From contig NC_045697.1 in the NCBI RefSeq assembly GCF_009834535.1, positions 82,772,001-82,836,000 on the forward strand: a stretch of 64,000 nucleotides of DNA, read 5' to 3'. A program made the translations under genes and the position numbers. This document shows positions 13,917 to 25,572 of this stretch, piece by piece. This DNA is from Camelus ferus. Lineage: Eukaryota. How positions within the stretch are numbered: position 1 is the stretch's first letter; every line of letters begins with the position of its first letter. Below the pieces are notes generated by a model. It saw nothing but the letters and a program-made list of their open reading frames with translations. It was not told the origin of the DNA and did not search any database.

Positions 13917-16900
13917 CGAAAAGGGAAGTGTGAACTCTGACCCAGAGAAGAAATCTCTCTTTTACATAGTGGTTCTAGGAACAATTAATTACTGATCACC
14001 ACTTCACATTTTTTTCTCTAAAAATTCAGATTGTGGGTGGTATTAACTTTTAAATTTTTTGAAACTTGTCTCATAGACAGCAGCATAAAAGACAAAGGAA
14101 AAACTAAGTCCACCACATGTTGTCAAGGACAAAGAAGACTGTGCACCATTTATTTCTGACAAGAAAAATGATTTTCATGTCCCTAACCCAAAATCTTTCT
14201 CACAAATTCCCATCTATAAAGTGCATCAATCAGGGGATGTCACTTTTGTGGAAGTCATGATTTGTATTCCTCCTAACAGCTCTCTTACTTTACAGGCCCT
14301 AAAATAGGTTCAGTTATGGCCCTAAAATAGTTTCAATTATAACCTACAACTGCAAGAGGGCAGAAATCCATTTCCTATCTCCATTTCCTTGGCCTCACCA
14401 CCATCGGATGTTATTGTCTTTCTGATAACTTGCCACCAAAATTATTGGAGATGTGACAAAATGGACAGATGAGAACTGCATCCTTTTCACACAATCTAGT
14501 AATTAAATAATAAGGAAAAACAACCCCATCATAAGAAAAGTCAAAATATTTTGCGTAAAGGTCCCAAGGCCAAGAGGAATCTTTATTATTTTCTCTGTTA
14601 CAAAGCAGACCTATGATTCTGCAAATAATTCAGGTGGAGGTGGTCTTATCTTGTGCTATAACTTTTTGTGGCTTTTATTCCAAAACAACTAATAGTTTTT
14701 GAATGTGAAATGATTTCTGGCTACACAATTGCAAGCTATTTTTTTTTTAGTACTAATTCATCTTTTACCCAATGCATTCTTAATTACTAGCTATCTAAAC
14801 TGCAACATGATTTTGGGTAGCAAATAATGGGCTCACTGAATATTTTATTTTGCAATTTAAGATCTATTTAAATAATTCTCTTCAATACTACCCCAGTACT
14901 ACCCCAAGGCACATTTTTAAAGTAGAATAACTATTTGTCTAATAAGAAACATATTTGAATATTAAATAAAGATTTCTAAGAGACATATTATGATAGGCAT
15001 GTACAACCTGACATTACAAAATTCAGGGTTAATTTATACTTGAAAAATATTAGAAAGAAGTCTGTTAGTAGGTATAATACTTTAGTCATTCAACATGGGG
15101 TTCACAATAAGGATTTCAATTGTGTGAGAGAGAATGACAACATAGAGGCAGGTGTCTGACCCTAATTAGGGGCTGTAGTAAAATATGAATCCAGTGCATA
15201 GAAAAAAATAAGGATTTAGTTTCTAATTGATGCAAAATTTGAGAACTTGACCATAAACAAAAATAATAATTTACATTACTATATGATTTTAAGAATAAGT
15301 ATAAAGATAATATAATCAGAAAATATGGCATTGATGAAAGAGTAGATACACTGATAAATGGGACCGAACAAAAGACCCAGAGAATGACCTACACATAGAT
15401 AGTCAACTGATTTTTCACCAAGGCACTTCAGAGAAAAACGGTTGTCTTTTTAACAAACAGCCCTGGACTATTTGGACATCTGTATGCAAAAAAAGGAAAA
15501 AAAAAAAAAAAAGAAAGAAAGGAAGAAAGAAAGAAAAGAAAGAAATAATAAAAATAAAGTAATCTGGACACAGACTTTACATCTTTTATAAAAACTAACT
15601 CAAAATGAATTTAAAGACTAAATGTAAAATGCAAAAGTATAAAACATCTAGAAAACACAGGAGGAAATCTATATGACCTTGGATTTGTTGATGAGTTTTG
15701 ATCCCAAACCAAAATCCAGACTCTGGAAAAGAAAATGTGGTAATTTGGACTTTATTGAAATTAAAATTTTCTGCTCTGCAAAAGACTGTGAAGAGAATAA
15801 AAAATCAAGCCACAGACAGGTAGAGAATATTGATGAATTCTGATAAAGGGGTTCTATCCAGAATATAAAAAGCACTCATAACATTAAAAATAAGAACACA
15901 ATTTTAATTTGCAAAAGATCTGAACAGATACTTCATCACAAAAATATACAGAAGACAAATAAATACATGAATAGACGGTCAATATCATTTGGGAAATGCA
16001 AATAAAAACAACAGCAACACTACTAAACATATATTAGAATGGCTAAAATCCAGAAAACTGACAATACTAATTACTGGCAAGGGTAGGAGCAGTAGAGACT
16101 CCCATTTGTCTCTAGTGGGACTGCAAAACAGTATAGCCATTTTGGAGTACAGTTTAGCAGTTTTGTATAAAGCCAAGCATAGTCTTACTATGTAAGTCAG
16201 CAACGGCATTCTTAAGTATTTACCCAACTGATTAAAAAAACTTAACACAGAGATATTTATAGAATACACAAAAACTCACAAAGAGATGTTTATAGAAACA
16301 TTATTTATAATCATAAATACTTAAAACAACAAAGATGTCCTTTAACAGGTGAGTGCATGAAGTATGGTACATTCAGAGAAGGAAATATTACTGAGCAAAG
16401 AAAAGGTATGAATCATTAACCTAAACAACACAGATGAATCTTAAATGAATATTACTATAAGTAAGTCTGTCTGTAAAAGCAACATACCATATGATTCCAT
16501 TCATGTGACTGAAAAAGGCAGAACTATTTATGGAAAACAAATCAGAGTTTTGGAGAGGAAGGGAGTTGGAATGGTGAGGCACAGGAGACTTTACAGGACT
16601 GTGAAACTAATCTGTTTGATACTGTAGAGATGGATAAACAAACTCATAGAAATCCTCGTAGCACTAAGAATGAACTTTGTGTATGCAAATTTAAAAAATC
16701 AATTATGAGATGTGGGGATCCCAGGAAGGAATGCAGACTGTGACAAAAGAATTTGACTCTATTACAAATGTGTAACATAATATCACTGAAGGGGGTAAAC
16801 AGAGAGGAACTGATCTAAGTAACTTGGGAAATGAGCAAAGACTGTAGGACTAAAGACACAAGGAAATACATATAGTCACTGCATTCTAGCTGGTAAATGC

Positions 16901-17454
16901 TTCCCAAGGGGGTAAGGTGTACGATCATTGTACATGCATACTGAGATTTACCAGATAAATACATGGATGGTACATGGTGGGGCAGGCTACTCACTATTGG
17001 AGTGGTAGTTTACAGATAAGCAAGAAGACAAGTCTAGAATGATCCATGTGTTTATGGACTAGAGTTGGAGTCACCACTATCAACTCATGTGCAATTCAAT
17101 ATAAATACAGATACAGATTGTCTTAGTCAATTCAAGTTGCTATAACAAAATACCATAGACTGAGTGGCTTAAACATTCTGGAGTCTGGAAGTCCAAGATC
17201 AAGGTGCCAACATGGTTAAGCTGATTCACTGAAAATTGCTTTCTCACTGTATCCTCATATGGCAGAGAGAAAGCTCTGGTTCCTTCGTCTCCTTATCAGG
17301 GACACTGATCTCATCATGAGGGCCTTGCTTGCATGACCTGATCTAAACCAAATTACCTCCCAAAGGCCAGCTCCAAATACTATCATGTGGGGGATTAGGG
17401 TTTAAACATATGAATTTTAGGGGGATACAAACATTTAGTCCGGGAGAGAGAAAC

Positions 17455-17464
17455 AAGATGGCAG
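17455..17464 (+). promoter_or_regulatory. YY1-like site at L1 5' end (AAGATGGCaG, CpG-decayed)
   Basis: Position and sequence match the canonical L1 5'-terminal AAGATGGCG YY1 motif. The paralog at 54217 is intact. Confidence 0.6.
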
Positions 17465-18449
17465 AGTAGAAGGCGCTTGTAGCTCACCCTCTCCCACAAA
17501 TACACCAAAACTTACATCTACGGATCTACTCAGCCAACCAGAGCACCTGCCAAACTCCGACAGAACATCGCCCTCTTCAAAAGATAAAGACACCAAAAAT
17601 CTAGTAGGAGAAAAGGAAAATAGAAAGAAGAAAAAGAAAAACAGTGTGGGACCAGTCTCACGGGGATGGAGAGGCAAAGGAGGACTGGCGCTCATTCGCT
17701 GGGTCCCCCTTCTCCAATGGAGAGGCCAGCTGGAACAGAGGGAGAGCCTCTGAGGCTCAGATCTGCCCCGAGCACCCCCTGACCAACAGAACTGAGTTAA
17801 ACAGGCACAAAGGGTCCCCACGACACCCAGCCCGAGGTGCGAGCCAGCAGCTGGGGCTGGGACTGGCCGCCCGAGCCGGGTGGAGGACTGGGGCGGCTGC
17901 ACTGCAGCAGCCCAGGGGGACTGCAGGGTGCTGTGCGCTGTGGCACTGGAGGGGATACAGAGCAGAACAACCTCGGTCACCCATAAATTGCAAAAAAAGC
18001 AAAGTAACATGGCTGGTGTGCCCTGGGGGTAGGGGCGCCATAGCCTTTGTATCCTCAGACCTGCTCCGCCATTACTGGCGCATCTTGCGAGGAGAGAGGC
18101 GGCGTGCAGCCACAGCCACCATCTCTTCCTGTGAGCAGTGCCTGGGCAGGGGGCGGGGCCAAGACCTGAATCCACATCCAGGGGCTCAGCAACCTCCTAG
18201 GCAGGACTGAGAATTGTTTACAGCCTGAGACAGATAAGATCTTTCTGCCCTGGCACCTCAGAGAACATGCACCACCAAGACAAACAAGAAGCTGAGATTT
18301 GGCACAGAGCAGGGGCAGGACCGTTCCGCGGTCTTCCCTGACCCCACCATTGGAGCGTCAACCCGAGGCAGAGCGGGCAGCTGCACAGAGCAGCGAGAGA
18401 GACCAGTGCCAGGAGAGGGCGGGCGCCACCCCTCTTCCTGGCAGGAACG

Positions 18450-18604
18450 CAGCACCTGACCACAGTGCTGGGAGGGGGCACGATCCACCCACCTGCCTAC
18501 CCAAGAGCGCAGCATCTGACTGTGGCATCGGGATGGGGGAGTGACCCACCGCCCACCAGGTAAGAGCTCAGCTCCTGACCCAGTGTTAGGAGGGGGCACG
18601 ATCT
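18450..18604 (+). repeat. Three diverged ~60-bp subrepeats in L1 5'UTR
   Basis: cagcacctgaccacagtgctgggagggggcacgatc (~18450), cagcatctgactgtggcatcgggatgggggagtgacc (~18510), cagctcctgacccagtgttaggagggggcacgatc (~18569). Confidence 0.7.
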
Positions 18605-18782
18605 GCTAGCCGACAGCCACTGGGAGCAGCACAGACAAGGGCACCAACAGAGGGCCTCTGGAAACAGCAAGCTGAGTTTGCGAAACAGTGAAGACACAAA
18701 GACCTCTTGATAAAGTCATTAAGATCACACCATCTCCAAGAGAGCTACATAACTGATACTTAAGCCACAGTGCCAGAGAGAT

Positions 18783-19683
18783 ATGAGCAATACGAAGAAG
18801 CAGAGGAACCACTCCCAATTAAAAGATCAAGAGAAATCCCCTGAAAGCACGACCAAGGAAATAGACATTGATGGCCTACTAGATCAAGATTTCAAAAAAG
18901 GTCTGATCAAAGTACTGAAGGAACTAAAAGAAACAGTGTTTAAGAGATATAAAATACGTCAGAAATGAAATAGAATCTATAAAGAAGAACCAAGTAGAAT
19001 TAGTAAACACATTTGCTGAGATGAGAGCTCACCTAAAGTCTATGTAAAGCAGGCTAGATAATTCAGAGGAACGAATAAGTGCCCTAGAAGACAGGACAAC
19101 AGAAAGCACCCAATCAGAACAGCTGAGAGAAAAACAAGTAAAAAATAATGAAAACAATATAAGGGACCTATGGGATAATATAAAGCATGCCAATCTACAC
19201 ATAATAGGGGTTCCAGAAGGGGAAGAAAAAACAAAGGGGATTGAAAAGGTATTTGAGAAATCATGACTGAAAACTCCCCAAACCTAAAGCAATCAGATAT
19301 CCAAGTACAGGAGGTTCAGAGGGTCCCAAACAGGAAGAACCCAAACAGACCCACACCAAGACATATCATAATCAAGATGGCCAGAGTCAAGGATAAAGAA
19401 ATGATCCTAAAGGCAGCAAGAGAAAAACAAAGAGTGAGTTACAAGGGAACGCCCATAAGGCTCTCAGCTGATTTCTCTACACAAACACTAACAGGCCAGA
19501 AGGGAGTGGCAAGATATATTCAAAGTCCTGAATGAAAAAAAGATGCAGCCTAGGATGCTCTATCCAGCAAGGCTATCCTTTAGAATAGAAGGAGAGAGAA
19601 AGAACTTCAGAGACAAGCAAAAACTCAAAGAGTTTAGCAACACTAAACCCATGCTAAAAGAAATATTGACAAGTCTACTCTAA
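18783..19683 (+). pseudogene. L1 ORF1p (coiled-coil/RRM/CTD), frameshifted
   Basis: ATG 18783 (MSNTKKQRNHSQLKDQEKSPE), then IQVQEVQRVPNRKNPNRPTPRHIIIKMARVKDKEMILKAAREK...YKGTPIRLSADFS, ending TAA 19681-19683. Split among frames. Confidence 0.92.
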
Positions 19684-22323
19684 ATAGAAAAGAAGCAGGA
19701 TGCTACAAAAATGAGAAACTCATAACTGGAAAGGAGATAACTGCCATGAATTACAAAAAGAATAAACACAAAATTGTAAAAGAAGACATCTAAATCATTA
19801 AGAGTGAGAGAGAGAAGCAAGGAAAGCCACTGTGGAAAACAGTATGGAGATTCCTCAGAAGACTAGGAATAGACTTACCATAGGACCCAGGAATCCCACT
19901 CCTGGACATATATCCAGAAGGAACCCTACTTCAAAAAGACACCTGCACCCCAATGTTCATAGCAGCACTATTTACAATAGCCAAGACATGGAAGCAGCCT
20001 AGATGTCCATCAACAGATGACTGAATAAGGAAGAAGTGGTATATTTATATGATGGAATACTATTCAGCCACAAAAACTGACAACATAACACCACTTGCAG
20101 CAACATGGATGTTCCTGGAGAATGTCATTCTAAGTGAAGTAAGCCAGAAGGAGGAAGAAAAATACAATATGAGATCACTTACTATGAGGAATCTAAAAAA
20201 ACAAAAAACAAAACCAAAAAACATAAATACAAAACAAAAACAGACTCATAGACATAGAATACAAACTTGTGGTTGCCAAGGGGGCTGGGGGTGGGAAGGC
20301 ACAGACTGGGATTTTAAAATGCAGAATAGATAAACAAGATTATACTGTATAGCACAGGGAAAAATATACAAGATCTTGTGGTAGCTCATAGTGAAAAAAA
20401 ATGTGACAATGAATATATACATGTTCATGTATGACTGAAAAATTGTGCTCTACACTAGAATTTGACACAACATTGTAAAGTAACTATTACTCAATTAAAA
20501 AATGTAAAATAAAATAAAATGCAACATTTAGTCCATAGCATATATGTACACATGCAGATAGTTACTCATTTAATATTCAAAAGCAATGACACCAAAGTGG
20601 CAGCAAATACAACTGGGTGAAGCCTCCAGCTCCTGTTTTCTAAAACCAATCTCCTATAAAAGGAACAAGTGGTCCTTAGAGAAATGGCTGATTCAAAGAC
20701 TAGGGCAGGGAATATACAAGATGAATCTGGAGCACCTTATAGTATGTAAAGCAAGAAAGTGCTCAAAATAAAACAAACCAACCAACAAAAACAATGAGTA
20801 TATGTCAAAAGGACACCACAGCCAACCAAAAGAGTTCTCAATGGTCAAAACTGGAAAAATTTTTACAAGAATATAAACATAGTATTATACTACAATACAA
20901 GGGTTAAAGTAAATGAACAAGAATCCACTTGGATATAAATAAATCATTGAATAAATAAATAAATGAGGGGGAAATATAGAAATGCTCTCCAGAGAAATTT
21001 CAAATAATTTATGTAGATACATCCCCTCAAGAAAAGAGAGTATAACCCCCTACTCCTTAAGTGTGGGCTGTGCAGAGTGACTTCCCTCCAAAGAGTACAG
21101 ACTGCAAATGGAGGAGAAGAGTAACTCTGATACGGGAGTAAACCCACCAGACACCGTCTCAGCCAGGTGACGGAGGGAGCATCACCAGTGATGATGCTAT
21201 GTACCCTGCAATGATGTGATGGATGTGACAACTCACCCCTGTAGTTGTTCTCTTCAAAACCCATGACCTCAGTCTAATCATCAGAAAAACATCAGACAAA
21301 TATGAATAAACAATACCTCATAATACCGAGCTAGTACTCCTCAAAACTGTCAAGGCCATCACAACAAGGAAAATCAGAGAAATATTTACAGCCCAGGGAA
21401 TTCTAAGGAGACACAAAGACTAAATGTAATGAAGTATTAGAGACAGAAAAAAAAAATGGACCTCAGATAAAAACCAAGGAAATCTAAATAAAGCATGAAC
21501 TTTGGTTAACAATATTATTTCATTAATACCTCCCAAGTGTGACAAACGTAGAACAGCAAGGTAAGGTGCTAGTACTAGGGTAAACCAAATACGGAGTATA
21601 TGAGAAAACTCTGAACTGCCTTGACAAGTTTCAGTAAATGTAAAAATATTCTTAAATAAGAAATTTCATTAAAAAATTAGTGAGGTTGACTCAAGTGTAC
21701 ATGTCTAGAATGTTATCTACACGAGATTAGGATAAAGTCAAGAAACTGTTAGTCTCAACCGGCAGTTAGGGAGCTAGCTGCCTCATTGGAGAAGAGAACA
21801 ATGCAGGTTAGTAACTGCTATTAAAAAGCAAGGAATGGCTTTTGTTCTTTATTGGACTTTTATTACTATTTAATATCATCTCTGACTCTGTCAGTGAAAC
21901 TACAGTGCTAAAATTTTATTATTTTACTCTGATGTCAGAATTTTTTTTATCTGAGCTTTTCAGTGGCAAACTCAGATGTTAATTCAATGTTACAGACACC
22001 TTATTTATTTATTAATTTATTTACTTATTTATTTATTTTTGGTTTTTGAGCTAAAAATAAGTGTCCTAACCACTTCAGTCTGTGGTGCTTTCCCCTAGCT
22101 TGACAGAACTGTTCTAATTAAGTATTATTAGGGTGCTTTCTACCTTACTCTGCCTCGAGCTTCTCTAACTGGATAGCAGTTCGTGGTAGGCTACACGTGA
22201 CAAAATACACTAGTATTTTTAAACGATTTTTTGAAATATTTGAGCTTTCCACAGTTAAGTCACATATTGGGAAATGAAGTCTTTCAGTTTACTCTGTTTC
22301 TTTTAAAGTTACAGTCCAAATAC

Positions 22324-22972
22324 CAGTGGTCAGCAAACCATGGCCAATGAGCTGAATCCATCCTGTGGCCAGTTTCTGTAAGGCCTTTGAGCTAAGAATG
22401 GTTTTCATAACAGTGTCTTCTCCCCCCACCCCAAATTTATGTCTATCCTGTTAATGTGACCTTATTTGGAAATATTCTTTGCAGATGTAATCAAGTTAAG
22501 ATGAGGTCACTTTGGATTGGGCGTGCCCTAACTCCAGTCACTCATCTCCATATAAAAAGTGACAAAGACACAGGGAGATGGATACACACAGGGAAGAAGG
22601 CCATGTGGAGAAGGAACAGAGACTGGAGTAAGGCATCCTCGAACCAAGGACACTGATGATTGCCAGTAACCACCAGAAGCTTGAAGAGCAGGAAAGGATT
22701 CTTCTCTAGGGCCTTCCAAATGAGCATGCCTGTCGATATCTTGATTTCAGACTTTAAGCTTTCAAAACTGGGAGAGGATAAACTTCTATTGTTTTAAGCC
22801 ACCCAGTTTGTAGTAATTTTTTATATCAGCCCCCCAAAACCAATACATGTGTTTCAAGGATTTTAAAAACAAAGCAATAGCAAAAATAAAGAAGAGCACA
22901 CAATGGATATCTGTGGCCTGCCAAACCTGAAATGTCTCCTGGCTGGCCCATGATGAAGTCGGTGCACCCCTG
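22324..22972. mobile_element. MER58B-like hAT-Charlie DNA transposon, split by MLT1 LTR
   Basis: Left end 'cagtggtcagcaaac...gagctaagaatggttttca'. Right part 'tgtggcctgccaaacctgaaat...tggcccc...gcacccctg'. Confidence 0.7.
22409..22847 (+). mobile_element. MLT1B/C-like solo LTR
   Basis: 'aatgtgaccttatttggaaat...tgcagatgtaatcaagttaagatgaggtca...gaagaaggccatgtg...caccagaagct...ttgatttcagactt...gttttaagccacccagtttg...aataca'. Confidence 0.88.
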
Positions 22973-23050
22973 CTTAGAGGCTTACGTTAAATCTTCCAGC
23001 GGGTGGATCCATAGCAGCTTTCAATCTAGGGATAATTGTCCCTTATTTCC

Positions 23051-23552
23051 TTTTTTAATTTTTAAAAAAATTTAATTGAAGTATAGTCAATTTACAATGT
23101 TGTGTTAGTTTCTGATGTACAGCATAGTGATTCAGTTATACATATATTCATATATATGTACCTTTTCATATTCTTTTCCATTGTATGTTATTACAAGACA
23201 TTGAATATAGTTTCCTGTACTATACAGTCCTGTAATATAGTTTCATATTCTTTTCCATTGTATGTTATTACAAGACATTGAATATAGTTTCCTGTACTAT
23301 ACAGTAGTATACATTGAATATACTTCCATTGTATGTTATTACAAGACGTTGAATATAGTTTCCTGTTGTTATCTATTTTATATATAATAGTTAGTATATG
23401 CAAATCTCCAACTCCCAATCTATCCCTCCCCACCTCTTTCCCCCTAGTAGCTATAAGTTTGTTTTTTAATGTCTGTGAGTCTGTTTTTGTTTTGTAAATA
23501 AGTTCATGTCATTTTTTTTTTTTTTTTAGATTCCACATATAAGTGATATCAT
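23051..23552 (-). mobile_element. L1 3'UTR fragment with internal triplication
   Basis: 'aattgaagtatagtcaatttacaatgttgtg...agattccacatataagtgatatcat'. Degenerate TSD ttgtcccttatttc (23036-23049) and ttgcccttacttc (23553-23565). Confidence 0.88.
23164..23366. repeat. Interrupted direct repeat: 65 bp x2 (identical) + 43 bp partial
   Basis: Copies at 23164-23228, 23241-23305 and 23324-23366 (one mismatch in the third). Confidence 0.95.
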
Positions 23553-24609
23553 TTGCCCTTACTTCTAACATTTGACCCTTCTGGGATCTCCTCTCCAAGC
23601 CCCAGGTGATGAACAAGCACTTTCTGCTCAGCAGGTTAAACATGTCTCTGCCCAAAGTGAGTTCTTTCCAAAGCTTCGTGTAATCTTGCCTGATACCTGC
23701 AAGGCTTAGTCGTCGGCTGACTCAATGGGATGCCTGTGCATTTTTCCAGCATGGCTTCTATCTCTGTGGGACTCTGTTTTGCAACTTACAGACATTTGAC
23801 TCAGCCTCTCCAAATTCTGATCTCCTCACCTTAGGGGGATCATCAGACTCTGTTTGGGATCCACACCCCTGCTCCCTGGCCTGGGATGTGACAGCCAGCA
23901 GGGTACAAGACTCACAGCAATTCTGTGCTGCTTGTTGTCCAATATCTGCAAATATTTTTTAATATATTTTTTGCTCAGTTTTCTAGTTGTGCACAGTGGA
24001 ATGTAAGTCCTGACCCTGTTACTTGATTATATTTGGAAGTAAAAGCCTGCTTAGCTTTTATTTTCACCCTTTAAATGTTGGCCAGTATATTTGAGTTTAA
24101 TGAGAAGAGCTCAACATGTGATGCGTGTTTTAACCTGGGATATAACAGAACTTCTTCCCTGTCTAATGCCAGAGTGCTCAATTTAATTTTGTAAAACTCA
24201 TTAATAGCCCAGTCCCAGATTGCTTACTTGAAGTAAAAGTGACTTTCTTGGGAAGTCCAAAAACCAGGCTCCTAAAATCACACTTCATAGTAATTCAGAT
24301 CTGCTATAAGCTAATCTTCCATCCAAGGGGTTAAAAAAAAAAAAAGGTATTTAAAAAAATCCAAGATATGGGACATTGTATTTTTTGCTTTTTGTTTTCT
24401 TTGACACATTAGATGATTATAATTCTGTTTTCTACATACCCAAGTTTCTAATATTTAAAAGAGAATCCAAATTACTCAGTGCAGTAGTGTATATAAAGGG
24501 AGTTAGAGAGGTACATGAATTATGCAGGTCCCAAAACAAATTCGTTATTAAAATGACTGAATCATTTCAAAATGCTACACTAGCTCTTGGAGGCCTTGCT
24601 ACATCAGTC

Positions 24610-25572
24610 TGCTTATACCTCAAGACAAATGAAAAGGAAAACATGACATACCAAAACTTATAGGGTACAGCAAAAGCAGTTCTGAGAGGGACATTTATAG
24701 TGATAAACAGCTACATTAAAAAAGAAGGAAGGTCTTAAATAAACAACCCAACTTTATACCTTAATGAGTTAGAAAAAGAATAAGCGAAGCCCAACGTTAA
24801 CAGAAGAAAGAAAATAACAAAGCTTGAAGCAGAAATGCATAAAATAGAGACTAGAAATATTGAATTGGTTTTTTGAAAGGACAAATAAAATTGGCAAACC
24901 CTTAACTAGACTAATCAAGAAAAAAAGAATATTCAAATAAATTGAACAGAATTGAAGAAGAGACATTACAACTGATGTCACAGAAATAGAAAATATTATA
25001 AGGGACTCTCGTTAACAATTTTATGCCAACAGATTAGCCCAGAAGAAATAGATAAGGCCTAGAAACACAGAATCTCTTAAGACTAAATCATGAAGAAGTA
25101 GGAAACCTCAACAAACCAGTAACAAATGAGACTGAACTGCCAATACAAAACTTCTTAACCAAAAAACTTCAGGACCAGATGGCTTTACAGTGAATTCTAA
25201 TAAACATTTAAAGAAGAGTTCATATCAATCCTTCTTCAACTCTTCTGAAAAAATAGAAGAGGGAACATTTCCAACTCATCCTGTAAGGACAGTATCACCC
25301 TGACCTCAAAACTAGACAAAAACACAAGAAAAGTATAAGCCAAGATTCTTGGTGGACATGGTTGCAAAAATCTTCAACAAAATATTAGCAAACCGAGTTA
25401 AGCACATTAAAAGGAGTATATACCATGATCAAGTGGGATTTACCCCTGGGATGCAACAATGGCAAATCAATCAATATGATACACTACATTAACAGAATGG
25501 AAGATAGAAATCATATTATCATCTCAGTAGATGCAGAAAAAACATTTGGCAAAATCTGATACCCTTTCATGC
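24610..25572 (+). mobile_element. L1 ORF2 internal fragment (linker, Z-domain, start of RT), degenerate
   Basis: Encodes NEKENMTYQNL and carries 'caggaccagatggcttta' (PGPDGF) and 'ccatgatcaagtgggatttacccctgggatgcaa' (HDQVGF.PGMQ). Ends after the DAEK.F motif with no 3'UTR. Confidence 0.9.

Larger units (their letters stand above)
17442..20522 (+). mobile_element. Young L1 with both termini but ORF2 almost wholly deleted (half-L1/HAL1-like architecture)
   Basis: GC-rich 5'UTR 17442-18782, ORF1 18783-19683 and ~140 nt of spacer. Abrupt jump at 19825/19826 to the ORF2 C-terminal segment (PLWKTVWRFL...MEYYSATK), then 3'UTR and A-rich tail. Exact 12-bp TSD aacatttagtcc at 17430-17441 and 20523-20534. 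Confidence 0.93.
17119..20540 (-). mobile_element. MLT1A-like solo LTR (17119-17441 plus terminal 20535-20540), split by young L1
   Basis: 'tgtcttagtc...gctataacaaaataccatagactgagtggcttaaac...ggaagtccaagatcaaggtgcc...ctcccaaaggcc...acatttagtcc'. The terminal 'atagca' lies right after the L1 TSD. Confidence 0.85.
15300..21678 (+). mobile_element. L1MC3-like old L1 (ORF2 3' part + long 3'UTR), interrupted at 17119-20540
   Basis: Degenerate ORF2 3' part 15300-16500. L1MC3-type 3'UTR motifs ('gggatcccaggaaggaatgcagactgtgacaaaag', 'tcactgaagggggt', 'agagaaatggctgattc...gggcagggaatatacaagatga') continue across the insertion and end in an A-rich tail near 21660-21678. Confidence 0.8.
22985..24045 (-). 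mobile_element. Ancient L1ME-type 5' end, split by L1 at 23051-23552
   Basis: 'tagcagctttcaatctagggataatt', 'gacccttctgggatctc', 'ttgttgtccaatatctg' and 'cagttttctagttgt' are the reverse of the family type seen at 1150-1885. Confidence 0.6.

Noticed and set aside
14295..14340. 23-bp tandem duplication (similar small ones at 27747-27785 and 62959-63014)
   Set aside because: Ordinary local slippage duplications with no evidence of function.
19815..19835. Splicing as the cause of the ORF2 deletion (ORF2 has 'tgcag|c' at the downstream breakpoint)
   Set aside because: The homologous upstream position in the paralog (gagcaaaaaatacag, ~56958) offers no GT donor. Unsupported without the consensus.
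23164..23366. Repeat-spacer-repeat pattern superficially like a CRISPR array
   Set aside because: Mammalian L1 3'UTR sequence. The spacers derive from the repeat itself and there are no cas genes.
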